NCBI GenBank assembly: GCA_028277365.1 | Contig: JANQGK010000206.1 | Coordinates: forward strand, 413-64,412 | Reading direction: 5' to 3' | From: Halieaceae bacterium | Lineage (GTDB): Bacteria; Pseudomonadota; Gammaproteobacteria; Pseudomonadales; Halieaceae | Length of the DNA: 64,000 nucleotides | In this document: positions 31,504-38,058 of the stretch, in pieces | How the letters are laid out: the number at the start of each line of letters is the position of its first letter | Position numbering within the stretch: position 1 is the first letter of the stretch | The notes under the pieces: model-generated | What the model saw: the letters and a program-made list of their open reading frames with translations, nothing else | What the model was told of the DNA's origin: nothing | Database searches by the model: none | Translations under genes and position numbers: made by a program

Positions 31504-31647
31504 TATGTTTTCCTCACGCTCGCAGTAGGGTTTTCGGGGGTACATGGACAGGAGCTGGAGAAGCTGATGCCCGGAGAAACGTCTGATAAGTGGGACTCAA
31601 TGCGGCCACGGCTGCCATTTCGCGGTCGGCGCCATTGGCCAGGATTG

Positions 31648-31671
31648 AAAAGCGACACCGGTGTCGCTTTT
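31648..31671. terminator. Bidirectional terminator-like palindrome H1
   Basis: AAAAGCGACACCGGTGTCGCTTTT, a perfect 24-nt palindrome with A- and T-tracts. Confidence 0.55.
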
Positions 31672-31704
31672 GGGTGGGAGGCCCGAGTCCGGTGGGCGGG
31701 TCTC

Positions 31705-31728
31705 AAAAACGGCGCCGGCGCCGCTTTT
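31705..31728. terminator. Bidirectional terminator-like palindrome H2
   Basis: AAAAACGGCGCCGGCGCCGCTTTT. The GC-only palindromic core CGGCGCCGGCGCCG is flanked by an A5 run and a T4 run. Confidence 0.55.
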
Positions 31729-31758
31729 GGCCTTTCAGGCTGCTCCTGGTGGGAACCG

Positions 31759-31783
31759 AAATGCGCGAACTGTTCGCGCTTTT
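31759..31783. terminator. Bidirectional terminator-like palindrome H3
   Basis: AAATGCGCGAACTGTTCGCGCTTTT. Stem GCGCGAAC/GTTCGCGC. The T-tract is stronger on the plus strand. Confidence 0.5.
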
Positions 31784-31825
31784 GGTGCTCAGGCAGCATT
31801 TGCCGCTCGGGCAGGCTCGAAGCCC

Positions 31826-31849
31826 AAAAAGTGGAACGTTCCACTTTTT
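31826..31849. terminator. Bidirectional terminator-like palindrome H4 (5 nt downstream of the ner stop)
   Basis: AAAAAGTGGAACGTTCCACTTTTT, a perfect 24-nt palindrome. Confidence 0.55.
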
Positions 31850-31854
31850 GCGGC

Positions 31855-32121
31855 TCAGGCTGCGGTGGCCGCTTGGGACTGCTTTTGCTTCCAGCGCGGG
31901 GTGCGACCGACGTTGTCCGGTTTGGAGTACCGGCCATCAGGAAACATGACATTCAGGGGAATATTCGTGACAGCAGCGATAAAGGTTGCGACGTCGTAGC
32001 TGGTGTCGTCACCTCGAATCACCCCGAAAACCGTGGGCTGAGAGACGCCGAGTTCCTCGGCAACTCCAGTCTGGGAATAGCCTGCTTTTGTCAGCGCAGC
32101 TATAATATCGGCGTAGTGCAT
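31855..32121 (-). CDS. ner: Ner-like DNA-binding protein (early lytic regulator)
   Basis: Trimmed to ATG 32121. MHYADIIAALTKAGYSQTGVAEELGVSQPTVFGVIRG...DVATFIAAVTNIPLNVMFPDGRY fits the Ner/HTH_35 family. Divergent from the CI-like repressor. Confidence 0.75.
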   Translation of the reverse strand: MHYADIIAALTKAGYSQTGVAEELGVSQPTVFGVIRGDDTSYDVATFIAAVTNIPLNVMFPDGRYSKPDNVGRTPRWKQKQSQAATAA

Positions 32122-32190
32122 AACGTCTCCAAAGCGTCTGTGCGTTACATCTGGGTGGTGTGGAAGCACCGCCCTATTTTTTCCAGCAGC

Positions 32191-32208
32191 AGCCTATAAA
32201 ACTAGGCT
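32191..32208. promoter_or_regulatory. Candidate operator palindrome in the c/ner divergent region
   Basis: AGCCTA-taaaac-TAGGCT inverted repeat within the 118-bp gap between ner (32121) and the repressor start (32240). A related GGCCTAG lies at 32232-32238. Confidence 0.35.
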
Positions 32209-32239
32209 ATAGCGATGATTAAACGACTGGCGGCCTAGT

Positions 32240-32752
32240 TTGTCAACTCAATACAGCGATATAGCTGAGAATTTTGTGCAGAGATTGGCCGGTGAAATTA
32301 CTCGGCTCGGCGACGCCTCATTCCTCGCAGGCGCTTTGGGAAGGAACCGGAACACGATCTACGACTGGAAGAAGAAGGGGAACATCCCAGGTTACGAACT
32401 CGCGCGACTCGCAGAGCTGGGAGCCGACGTTGTTTTCATCTTTACAGGTCAGCGATCTCCCGAGACGATCGCGGAGTCCGACCCTGACGTCCTTGGTGAA
32501 CACAACATAGAGTTCGTGGTCTCGGAGATCGTCGAGATGATCCAGGAGGAGGCCGAGCGGCAGGGTGTAGAGTTCGACGCGCAGTTTTGCGCTGTCGAAG
32601 CAGTGAGAGTTTTCCTCCAGGTCAAAAAAGTCGGGCTTTCAAGAGTGGATTATCAGGAGGTCGCAAAGGCGATCGTCCACGGCATGATCAGAATGTGGAC
32701 GTCGGTGGAATCTGGCGAGTCTCGCGAATCGAACTACGGAGAACAGTCATGA
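32240..32752 (+). CDS. Prophage repressor, CI-type HTH (Phage_CI_repr-like)
   Basis: 170 aa with a TTG start. FVQRLAGEITRLGDASFLAGALGRNRNTIYDWKKKGNIPGYELARLAELGADVVFIFTGQ matches the CI-repressor HTH pattern. Divergent from ner. Confidence 0.65.
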   Translation: MSTQYSDIAENFVQRLAGEITRLGDASFLAGALGRNRNTIYDWKKKGNIPGYELARLAELGADVVFIFTGQRSPETIAESDPDVLGEHNIEFVVSEIVEMIQEEAERQGVEFDAQFCAVEAVRVFLQVKKVGLSRVDYQEVAKAIVHGMIRMWTSVESGESRESNYGEQS

Positions 32753-33003
32753 CGCAAGGATGCGTTTACCCATCACCAGTCAGCCCGGCCCTACTCGCCG
32801 ACATCAGTGCGGTGCTAAAAGAGACCTCCGAATCGATCGGTGTAACCCTGGACAGCTACGCCTTGATGTACCAGGCGGTGTCGATCTACAACGCCGTCCA
32901 ACAGTTCGGCCTGTACGATGAGAATGAGCAGTTTCTAGCAGCCGAGCGGCTGGTCGTCAGCCGGTGCGAAGCCATGCGGCCAGATAAGGGCAAAATCCAC
33001 TGA
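32749..33003 (+). CDS. Hypothetical protein co-transcribed with the repressor (84 aa)
   Basis: ATG 32749 overlaps the repressor stop (ATGA); the track ORF 32587..33003 is trimmed accordingly. No family recognised. Confidence 0.4.
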   Translation: MTQGCVYPSPVSPALLADISAVLKETSESIGVTLDSYALMYQAVSIYNAVQQFGLYDENEQFLAAERLVVSRCEAMRPDKGKIH

Positions 33004-33045
33004 ATTGAGACCCCTCTCAGGCGCCCTGTGTGGCCCTGTGGGCGC

Positions 33046-33126
33046 GATCCGGGAAACCGGCCCCAAGCCACGACGAAAAAAAGTTAACAAATCTTGAGTC
33101 GGTTTTGAGTCGGTTTCCGGCGATCC
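33046..33126. repeat. Internal end-like inverted repeat pair flanking a tandem 11-mer
   Basis: GATCCGGGAAACCGG (33046-33060) and CGGTTTCCGGCGATCC (33111-33126) are inverted copies related to the terminal motif GATTCTGGAAACC. TGAGTCGGTTT occurs twice in tandem at 33095-33116. Confidence 0.5.
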
Positions 33127-33203
33127 ATCTGCTAGGCCGGAGGCTAAGGTGCGAGCCAGGCGCGAATTCGCCCGATATTCGGGTGAAGCTTGCCCCGAAA
33201 CAT

Positions 33204-33764
33204 CTATTGAAGTGTCTGCAGATAAGCGCGCAGTGACTGCGTGAGTTTTCCAAATTGCTGTGTTGCTGAATCACACACTCTTGAGCGCTCGTCCTCCGTC
33301 CCCGTACCCTGAATATCGTAGGGAAGATTAGTCATGGTCCTGCCAACCTCCATGATCAACCTCCCAATGTCTTCCGGCACCAGAAGCGCAAGGTGTGAGT
33401 TTTGTCGATACAGTAAGGATGTGAATTCATCGAACTCCGTGAACTCTTTGTCCGGTATCGACTCCATCCACTTGGTGACAACTTGCAGCATGTACTGTTG
33501 TGACGTCGCTTGAAACTCGACGATCGCCCCTTTCAGCTCCTCGTACTTTTCTGACTTGTGCCGCAATGCGTACTCCTCCTCCCGAGCCAGCCTTTCTTGC
33601 TCGGCTCTCCAGGCAGCACGCTCTATCTCATTTTGACGATCCGACTCGCGGTCCGCGAGGTAGTTTCGCCGTGACCACCACTGAGAAAAACCACCCGTTA
33701 ACAGTGGGCCAAGGAGTGCCCACACCTCCAAGAATCCCACCCACTGACTAGCGCTGATAGCCAT
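33204..33764 (-). CDS. Membrane-anchored coiled-coil protein, function unknown (low-GC moron)
   Basis: Start set at ATG 33764 (GGGGAG RBS 9 nt upstream); the track's GTG at 33770 is two codons longer. One N-terminal TM (WVGFLEVWALLGPLLTGGF), then a charged coiled coil (ESDRQNEIERAAWRAEQERLAREEEYALRHK). By eye the GC content is about 50%, versus above 60% for neighbouring DNA. Antisense to the late arm. Confidence 0.5.
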   Translation of the reverse strand: MAISASQWVGFLEVWALLGPLLTGGFSQWWSRRNYLADRESDRQNEIERAAWRAEQERLAREEEYALRHKSEKYEELKGAIVEFQATSQQYMLQVVTKWMESIPDKEFTEFDEFTSLLYRQNSHLALLVPEDIGRLIMEVGRTMTNLPYDIQGTGTEDERSRVCDSATQQFGKLTQSLRAYLQTLQ

Positions 33765-33929
33765 AGTCACGTTCTCCCCATACTGAAATTGCAGTAGCGA
33801 TTACAGCTTCGCACGGGATTGCTGGGAGACACAATTCCCGGCTTTACCCGAATCTACCCAAGGGGATCGATCGGCTTGACCCGGCGAGCGAGCCGAAGGC
33901 ATCCTACGAGTCTCCCTACCGGGCCAACC

Positions 33930-33953
33930 CCGGTGTGAAAGATTTCACAGTCT
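33930..33953 (+). promoter_or_regulatory. Late-arm dyad element, copy B (CCGG TGTGAA AGAT TTCACA GTCT)
   Basis: Perfect TGTGA-N6-TCACA dyad 33 nt upstream of the protease/scaffold ATG. Shares the CCGG...TGTGAA-N4-TTCACAGTCT pattern with copy A at 24449-24473, in the same orientation relative to the operon. Confidence 0.6.
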
Positions 33954-33986
33954 TTCCGGTATGGCGATCTCGGCACACTGCCAGCC

Positions 33987-35186
33987 ATGCCGAAACGCAA
34001 GCCGCCTGTCACGCCACCGTCCACCCCTCTGGAGTTCAAGGGACTCACCGAGTGGTTCGACGTCTTCTATGCGGGCACCCACACGGATGCCCACGGCCGC
34101 ACCGACACCTACGACGAAGCCTACCTGCAGCAGCTGGCGGTCAACTCCACTCCGGCAGAGGATCGTCCGTTCACGGTCCCTCTGGTGGTGGGCCATCCGG
34201 AGAAGGATGATCCCGCCTACGGCTGGGGTGTCGAGTTCAAGGTGGAAGACGGCGTGTTGTATGCCAAGGCCGACCACCTCGAGCCGCAGTTTGCCGACCT
34301 GGTGAAAGAGGCCCGGTACCCGAATCGCTCTGTGAAGATCGTACAGACTGATGCCGGTCCTGCGCTGGGCCACATCGGTTTTCTTGGCGCTGCGAAACCA
34401 GCGCTCGACGGCCTGGACCCGATCTACAAGAACGCCGAGGTCGACGGCGCGGTGTTCGAGTTCAGCACCGAGACCTGGTACGCCACCTCGATCGTCGCCT
34501 CGGTCCTACGCCGTCTGCGCGAGTTCCTGATCGAACGCTTTGACATGGAGACCGCAAACCGTGTGATCAGCGAATGGGATGCTGATGCGCTGGCCGAGGA
34601 AGCTGGCGAGCAGCGTGCCGAACAGCTCGACGATCTCTACTCGTTTACCGCGCCGCCGACTGGCGCTCACTCTGAGGAGCCGACTATGGACCCCAAGGAC
34701 AAGCAGTTTACCCAGGCCGATATCGATGCCGCGAAAGAGGAAGGCAAGTCCTCTGCTCAAGCCGAGTTCGCCAAGGAGTCCGCTGTGCAGAAGCGCGACG
34801 AGTTTATCGAAACGGTGCTGACCAAGGCGGTCGAAGACAAGCGCATCGAACCCGGCCAGGTCGAGGGCCTGCGTACTTTCATGAAAACGCTGTGCCACGA
34901 CGACTCCGAGGAACACACGCTGGAGTTTACGAAGTCCGACGGAGCGAAGGAGAAGGTGTCCGGGCTGTCCTGGTTCGCGAAGACGATTCTCGAAGGCCAG
35001 GGCACCCACCCGCTGTTCAAGGTGGACGCCGAAGCCGCGAACCAGGAAGACGGTGTCGACCTCGACGACGGCGAGGCTTTGGGCCAGGCCGCTAAAGAGT
35101 ACATGGCTGAGCAGCGAGGCAAAGGGATCACGGTTTCCGCCCGCCAGGCCGTCGATCACATCCGCAAACAACAGGCGGCGGACTGA
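33987..35186 (+). CDS. Head maturation protease / scaffold (GPO / Mu gpI-like)
   Basis: 399 aa. The N-domain EWFDVFYAGTHTDAHGRTDTYDEAYLQQLAVN...VPLVVGHPEKDDPAYGW resembles GPO-type capsid scaffolding proteases. The C-half is acidic and helical (scaffold-like). Directly upstream of the decoration and capsid genes. Confidence 0.7.
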   Translation: MPKRKPPVTPPSTPLEFKGLTEWFDVFYAGTHTDAHGRTDTYDEAYLQQLAVNSTPAEDRPFTVPLVVGHPEKDDPAYGWGVEFKVEDGVLYAKADHLEPQFADLVKEARYPNRSVKIVQTDAGPALGHIGFLGAAKPALDGLDPIYKNAEVDGAVFEFSTETWYATSIVASVLRRLREFLIERFDMETANRVISEWDADALAEEAGEQRAEQLDDLYSFTAPPTGAHSEEPTMDPKDKQFTQADIDAAKEEGKSSAQAEFAKESAVQKRDEFIETVLTKAVEDKRIEPGQVEGLRTFMKTLCHDDSEEHTLEFTKSDGAKEKVSGLSWFAKTILEGQGTHPLFKVDAEAANQEDGVDLDDGEALGQAAKEYMAEQRGKGITVSARQAVDHIRKQQAAD

Positions 35187-35220
35187 CGCCCGACGCCGTC
35201 ACTGACGCACAGGAGTAGCT

Positions 35221-35595
35221 ATGCAAAATCCCATGCTTACCAAGACCCTGGTCGCCGAAGGCGTGCTGGCTGCTTACCGGCTGCTGACCTTCGGTACCGG
35301 GGATCATCAGGTCGCGCTGGCCAGCGCGGTCACCAATCCCCCGGCCGGAGTCACCGGCAAGCTGATTGACGCCGATGGCGAGCGCGTCGACGTCTACAAG
35401 GTCGGGATCGTGGAGGTGGAATACGGCGGCAATGTCACCGCAGGTCAGCCGCTCACGACGGACGCGAACGGCAAGGCCGTCGCCGCCAGCCCCGCCGCGG
35501 GTGTGAACAACCGCATCTGGGGTGAAGCCGTCGTCGATGGCGTCGACGGCGATATCGGTTCCATTCATCTGAGCTTCTCGACCCTGCAGGGTTAA
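35221..35595 (+). CDS. Head decoration / DUF2190-like protein
   Basis: 124 aa, Gly/Val/Ala-rich and beta-rich. Lies between the scaffold and the major capsid gene. Confidence 0.5.
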   Translation: MQNPMLTKTLVAEGVLAAYRLLTFGTGDHQVALASAVTNPPAGVTGKLIDADGERVDVYKVGIVEVEYGGNVTAGQPLTTDANGKAVAASPAAGVNNRIWGEAVVDGVDGDIGSIHLSFSTLQG

Positions 35596-35625
35596 GCGGC
35601 CAGCGACCAACGAGTAGGAGTAACC

Positions 35626-36561
35626 ATGAGCGGAAAAACACCTTTCCCCACAGACCCCGTCCTCATCGCGATCGCGGTCGCCTACACCAACCGGGCATTG
35701 ATCGCCGATATGGTGCTGCCTCGCGTCGGCGTGGGCCTGAAGGAGTTCAAGTACTTCGAGTACGACCTGGCCGAGGGCTTCACCGTGCCCGACACGCGGG
35801 TGGGCCGTAAGGGCAAGCCGAACGAAGTCGAGTTCTCAGCCGAAGAAAAGACCGGTAGCTGCGAGGACTACGGTCTGGATGACCCGGTACCCCAGGACGA
35901 TATCGATCAGGCTCCGGCCAACTATGACCCGCTGGCACACGCCACTGAGTACACGACGAACCTGATCCAGCTGGACCGAGAGGTGCGGGCCGCCAACCTG
36001 GTGTTCAATCCGAACACCTACGCCGCCACGCATCGCCAAACCCTGGTCGGGACGAGCCAGTTCAACGACTTCACCAACTCTGACCCGATCGGTGTCATTT
36101 CCGATGCGCTCGACGTGCCGGTGATGCGCCCGAACATCATGACCATCGGCCAGACGGTCTGGTCGAAGCTGTCGCGCCACCCGCACATCGTCAAAGCCGC
36201 CCACGGCAACAGCGGCGATAAGGGTCGGGCAAGGCGGGAGGATGTCGCTGAACTGTTCGAGCTGGATGACATCTACGTCGGACAGGCGCGAGTCAACAAC
36301 GCCAAGAAGGGCCAGACGCCGAGCCTGCAGCGCTGCTGGGGGAATCACATCTCCCTGAGCTATCGCGATATGACCGCCAACACGGAGCGCGGCCTGACGT
36401 TTGGCCTGACCGCCCAGTACAACACCTGGATGGCTGGGAGCATGTTCGATCCTCACATCGGTCTTCGCGGTGGCCAGCGTGTCCGCGTTGGCGAGTCGGT
36501 TGACGAACTCGTGCTGGCGAATGACCTGGGTTACTTCATCGAGAACGCCGTCGCCCCATAA
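35626..36561 (+). CDS. Major capsid protein
   Basis: 311 aa. Position after the protease/scaffold and decoration genes. The N-terminus (PFPTDPVLIAIAVAYTNRALIADMVLPRV...FKYFEY) is typical of Mu-like/E-type capsid proteins. Followed by a strong terminator. Confidence 0.8.
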   Translation: MSGKTPFPTDPVLIAIAVAYTNRALIADMVLPRVGVGLKEFKYFEYDLAEGFTVPDTRVGRKGKPNEVEFSAEEKTGSCEDYGLDDPVPQDDIDQAPANYDPLAHATEYTTNLIQLDREVRAANLVFNPNTYAATHRQTLVGTSQFNDFTNSDPIGVISDALDVPVMRPNIMTIGQTVWSKLSRHPHIVKAAHGNSGDKGRARREDVAELFELDDIYVGQARVNNAKKGQTPSLQRCWGNHISLSYRDMTANTERGLTFGLTAQYNTWMAGSMFDPHIGLRGGQRVRVGESVDELVLANDLGYFIENAVAP

Positions 36562-36597
36562 ACCCCAGCGAGAGAGCCTGCCACTAGCGGGCAGGCA

Positions 36598-36644
36598 GGG
36601 GCGGCGGGGGCCGGTGCCAAGGCACCACCCGCCGCCCTTTTTTT
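36598..36644 (+). terminator. Intrinsic terminator after the major capsid gene
   Basis: GGGCGGCGGG ... CCCGCCGCCC stem with an inner GGTGCC/GGCACC stem, followed by T7 (36638-36644). Preceded by a smaller hairpin, GCCTGCC-N7-GGCAGGC (36576-36596). Confidence 0.7.
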
Positions 36645-36662
36645 CATCACCAGGAGACGCTT

Positions 36663-37052
36663 ATGTCGACGTCAAAGAAGTACTACAAGGCACTCAACCT
36701 GATCCGCTGCGACGGTGATGTGATTGAGATGGACCAGGTGGTCCCACTCACCGAGGAGCAGGTCGCCAAGATCGGCGCCAGCGCCCTGGTCGATGCGAAG
36801 CCCGAGGAGATTCCGCCCGAGGGCGGCTCCGAGGAGAAGCCTGGCAACGACAACCAGATGCAGTCGACCACCTCACCGCCCGCCAAGGCACCCGCGAAGA
36901 AAGCGCCGGCCAAGAAAAAGGCGCGGACACAGCGCAAGGCCCCTGCCAAGCAGAAGGCCGCTGCCAAACAGAAGGCCGCTGCCAAGCGGAGAGCCGCCGC
37001 CGAAAAGAAGGCTGCCGCCGAGAAGTCTGGCTCGGATAGCGCCAGTTCCTGA
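36663..37052 (+). CDS. Head-module protein with a Lys/Ala-rich histone H1-like tail
   Basis: 129 aa. The C-terminal 60 aa are PAKAPAKKAPAKKKARTQRKAPAKQKAAAKQKAAAKRRAAAEKKAAAEK. GGAGA RBS upstream. Confidence 0.6.
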   Translation: MSTSKKYYKALNLIRCDGDVIEMDQVVPLTEEQVAKIGASALVDAKPEEIPPEGGSEEKPGNDNQMQSTTSPPAKAPAKKAPAKKKARTQRKAPAKQKAAAKQKAAAKRRAAAEKKAAAEKSGSDSASS

Positions 37053-37054
37053 TC

Positions 37055-37555
37055 GTGTACACCACCGCCTCACAACTGCTTGATCGGTACGGCGCTGAGT
37101 CGCTGGCCGAGCTGGGCGGTCAGAAGTTGCCTGACGCGGTGGTGCCCGAGTGTCTACAAGCACTCATCGAAGAGACCAGTACCAGCGGATACACGGTCCA
37201 GCAGATCGCCGATGCCCAGGCGGCGCTCGATGCAATCACGGCGGCCATCAGCGACGCCCAGCACTTCATAGACAGCTACCTGGGCAAGCATCTCACGCTA
37301 CCGCTGGATCAGGCGGTGATCGACACCTCTGTCATCCCGCGCCAGGCCGCGATCATCGTGCGCCACGACTTGATGATCCACGGTGCGGATGAGCAGACCG
37401 AGAACAACTATAAGAACGCGGTCGCCTGGCTGCGTGACGTCTCGAAGGGGATGGCTGCGATCGGCGCGGAAGACGCCGCGCAGGATGGAGACGTCGCATC
37501 GGGATTTGGATTCCGGTCAGGCGGCGAAACGCGCGACTGGGATGCCTTCGGATGA
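37055..37555 (+). CDS. Mu gp36-like head-tail connector protein (DUF1320)
   Basis: 166 aa with a GTG start. The N-terminus YTTASQLLDRYGAESLAEL is typical of DUF1320. Located in the head-completion block. Confidence 0.6.
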   Translation: MYTTASQLLDRYGAESLAELGGQKLPDAVVPECLQALIEETSTSGYTVQQIADAQAALDAITAAISDAQHFIDSYLGKHLTLPLDQAVIDTSVIPRQAAIIVRHDLMIHGADEQTENNYKNAVAWLRDVSKGMAAIGAEDAAQDGDVASGFGFRSGGETRDWDAFG

Positions 37556-38058
37556 CGGGCCTGAACCTCACCCTCACCCTAGAAGATGCCGGTGCGAAAG
37601 CCGTCCTTGACGCCGTGATACACGCTGACCCCGAGGTGGTCCTCGATGAGATCGGCGGGTACCTCGACAGCCAGGCCCAGCGTCGCTTCCAGTTGGAGCA
37701 AGGCCCCGATGGCGAAGCCTGGGAGCCGAGTGCGCGGGCGCTGCTGGACGGCGGCAAGACACTCCAGAACAAGCGAATCCTGGCCGACTCGATCACACAC
37801 AACGTGATCAACAGCCGCGCCGTAGAACACGGCACGAACGTGATCTACGCCGCCATCCACCAGGAGGGCGGTGTCATTCGGGCGAAGAACGCACCGTACC
37901 TCCGCTTCGCGTTGCCGGGTGGTGGCTACGCCACGGTCGAGTCGGTAACGATGCCCGCGCGGCCGTTCGTCGGCCTGGGCGAGGAAGAGGAAGAGGACAT
38001 CCCACTGATCGTGGTCGACTGGTGGCAGGAGGCGATCGATGCTGCTGGAGCTGGTTGA
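37552..38058 (+). CDS. Virion morphogenesis protein (Mu gpG-like)
   Basis: 168 aa. FQLEQGPDGEAWEPSA...GKTLQNKRILADSI...GTNVIYAAIHQEGG...MPARPFVGL matches the phage virion morphogenesis family. Confidence 0.7.
   Translation: MTGLNLTLTLEDAGAKAVLDAVIHADPEVVLDEIGGYLDSQAQRRFQLEQGPDGEAWEPSARALLDGGKTLQNKRILADSITHNVINSRAVEHGTNVIYAAIHQEGGVIRAKNAPYLRFALPGGGYATVESVTMPARPFVGLGEEEEEDIPLIVVDWWQEAIDAAGAG

Noticed and set aside
31648-31849. The hairpin array considered as a CRISPR or other repeat-spacer array
   Set aside because: The four palindromes share structure but not sequence, so there is no conserved direct repeat. There are only four units, about 55-66 bp apart, and no cas genes. It is not CRISPR-like.
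31503-31999. Three overlapping ORFs (149, 119 and 112 aa) covering the hairpin array
   Set aside because: Each would have to read through several perfect A-tract/hairpin/T-tract palindromes. None has an RBS or a protein-like sequence. The region is better explained as non-coding structure.
33021-33045. GCGCCC-N13-GGGCGC hairpin considered as the terminator of the repressor operon
   Set aside because: It has only a 6-bp stem with a 13-nt loop and no following T-tract. This is too weak to call, although some termination signal must exist between these convergent genes.
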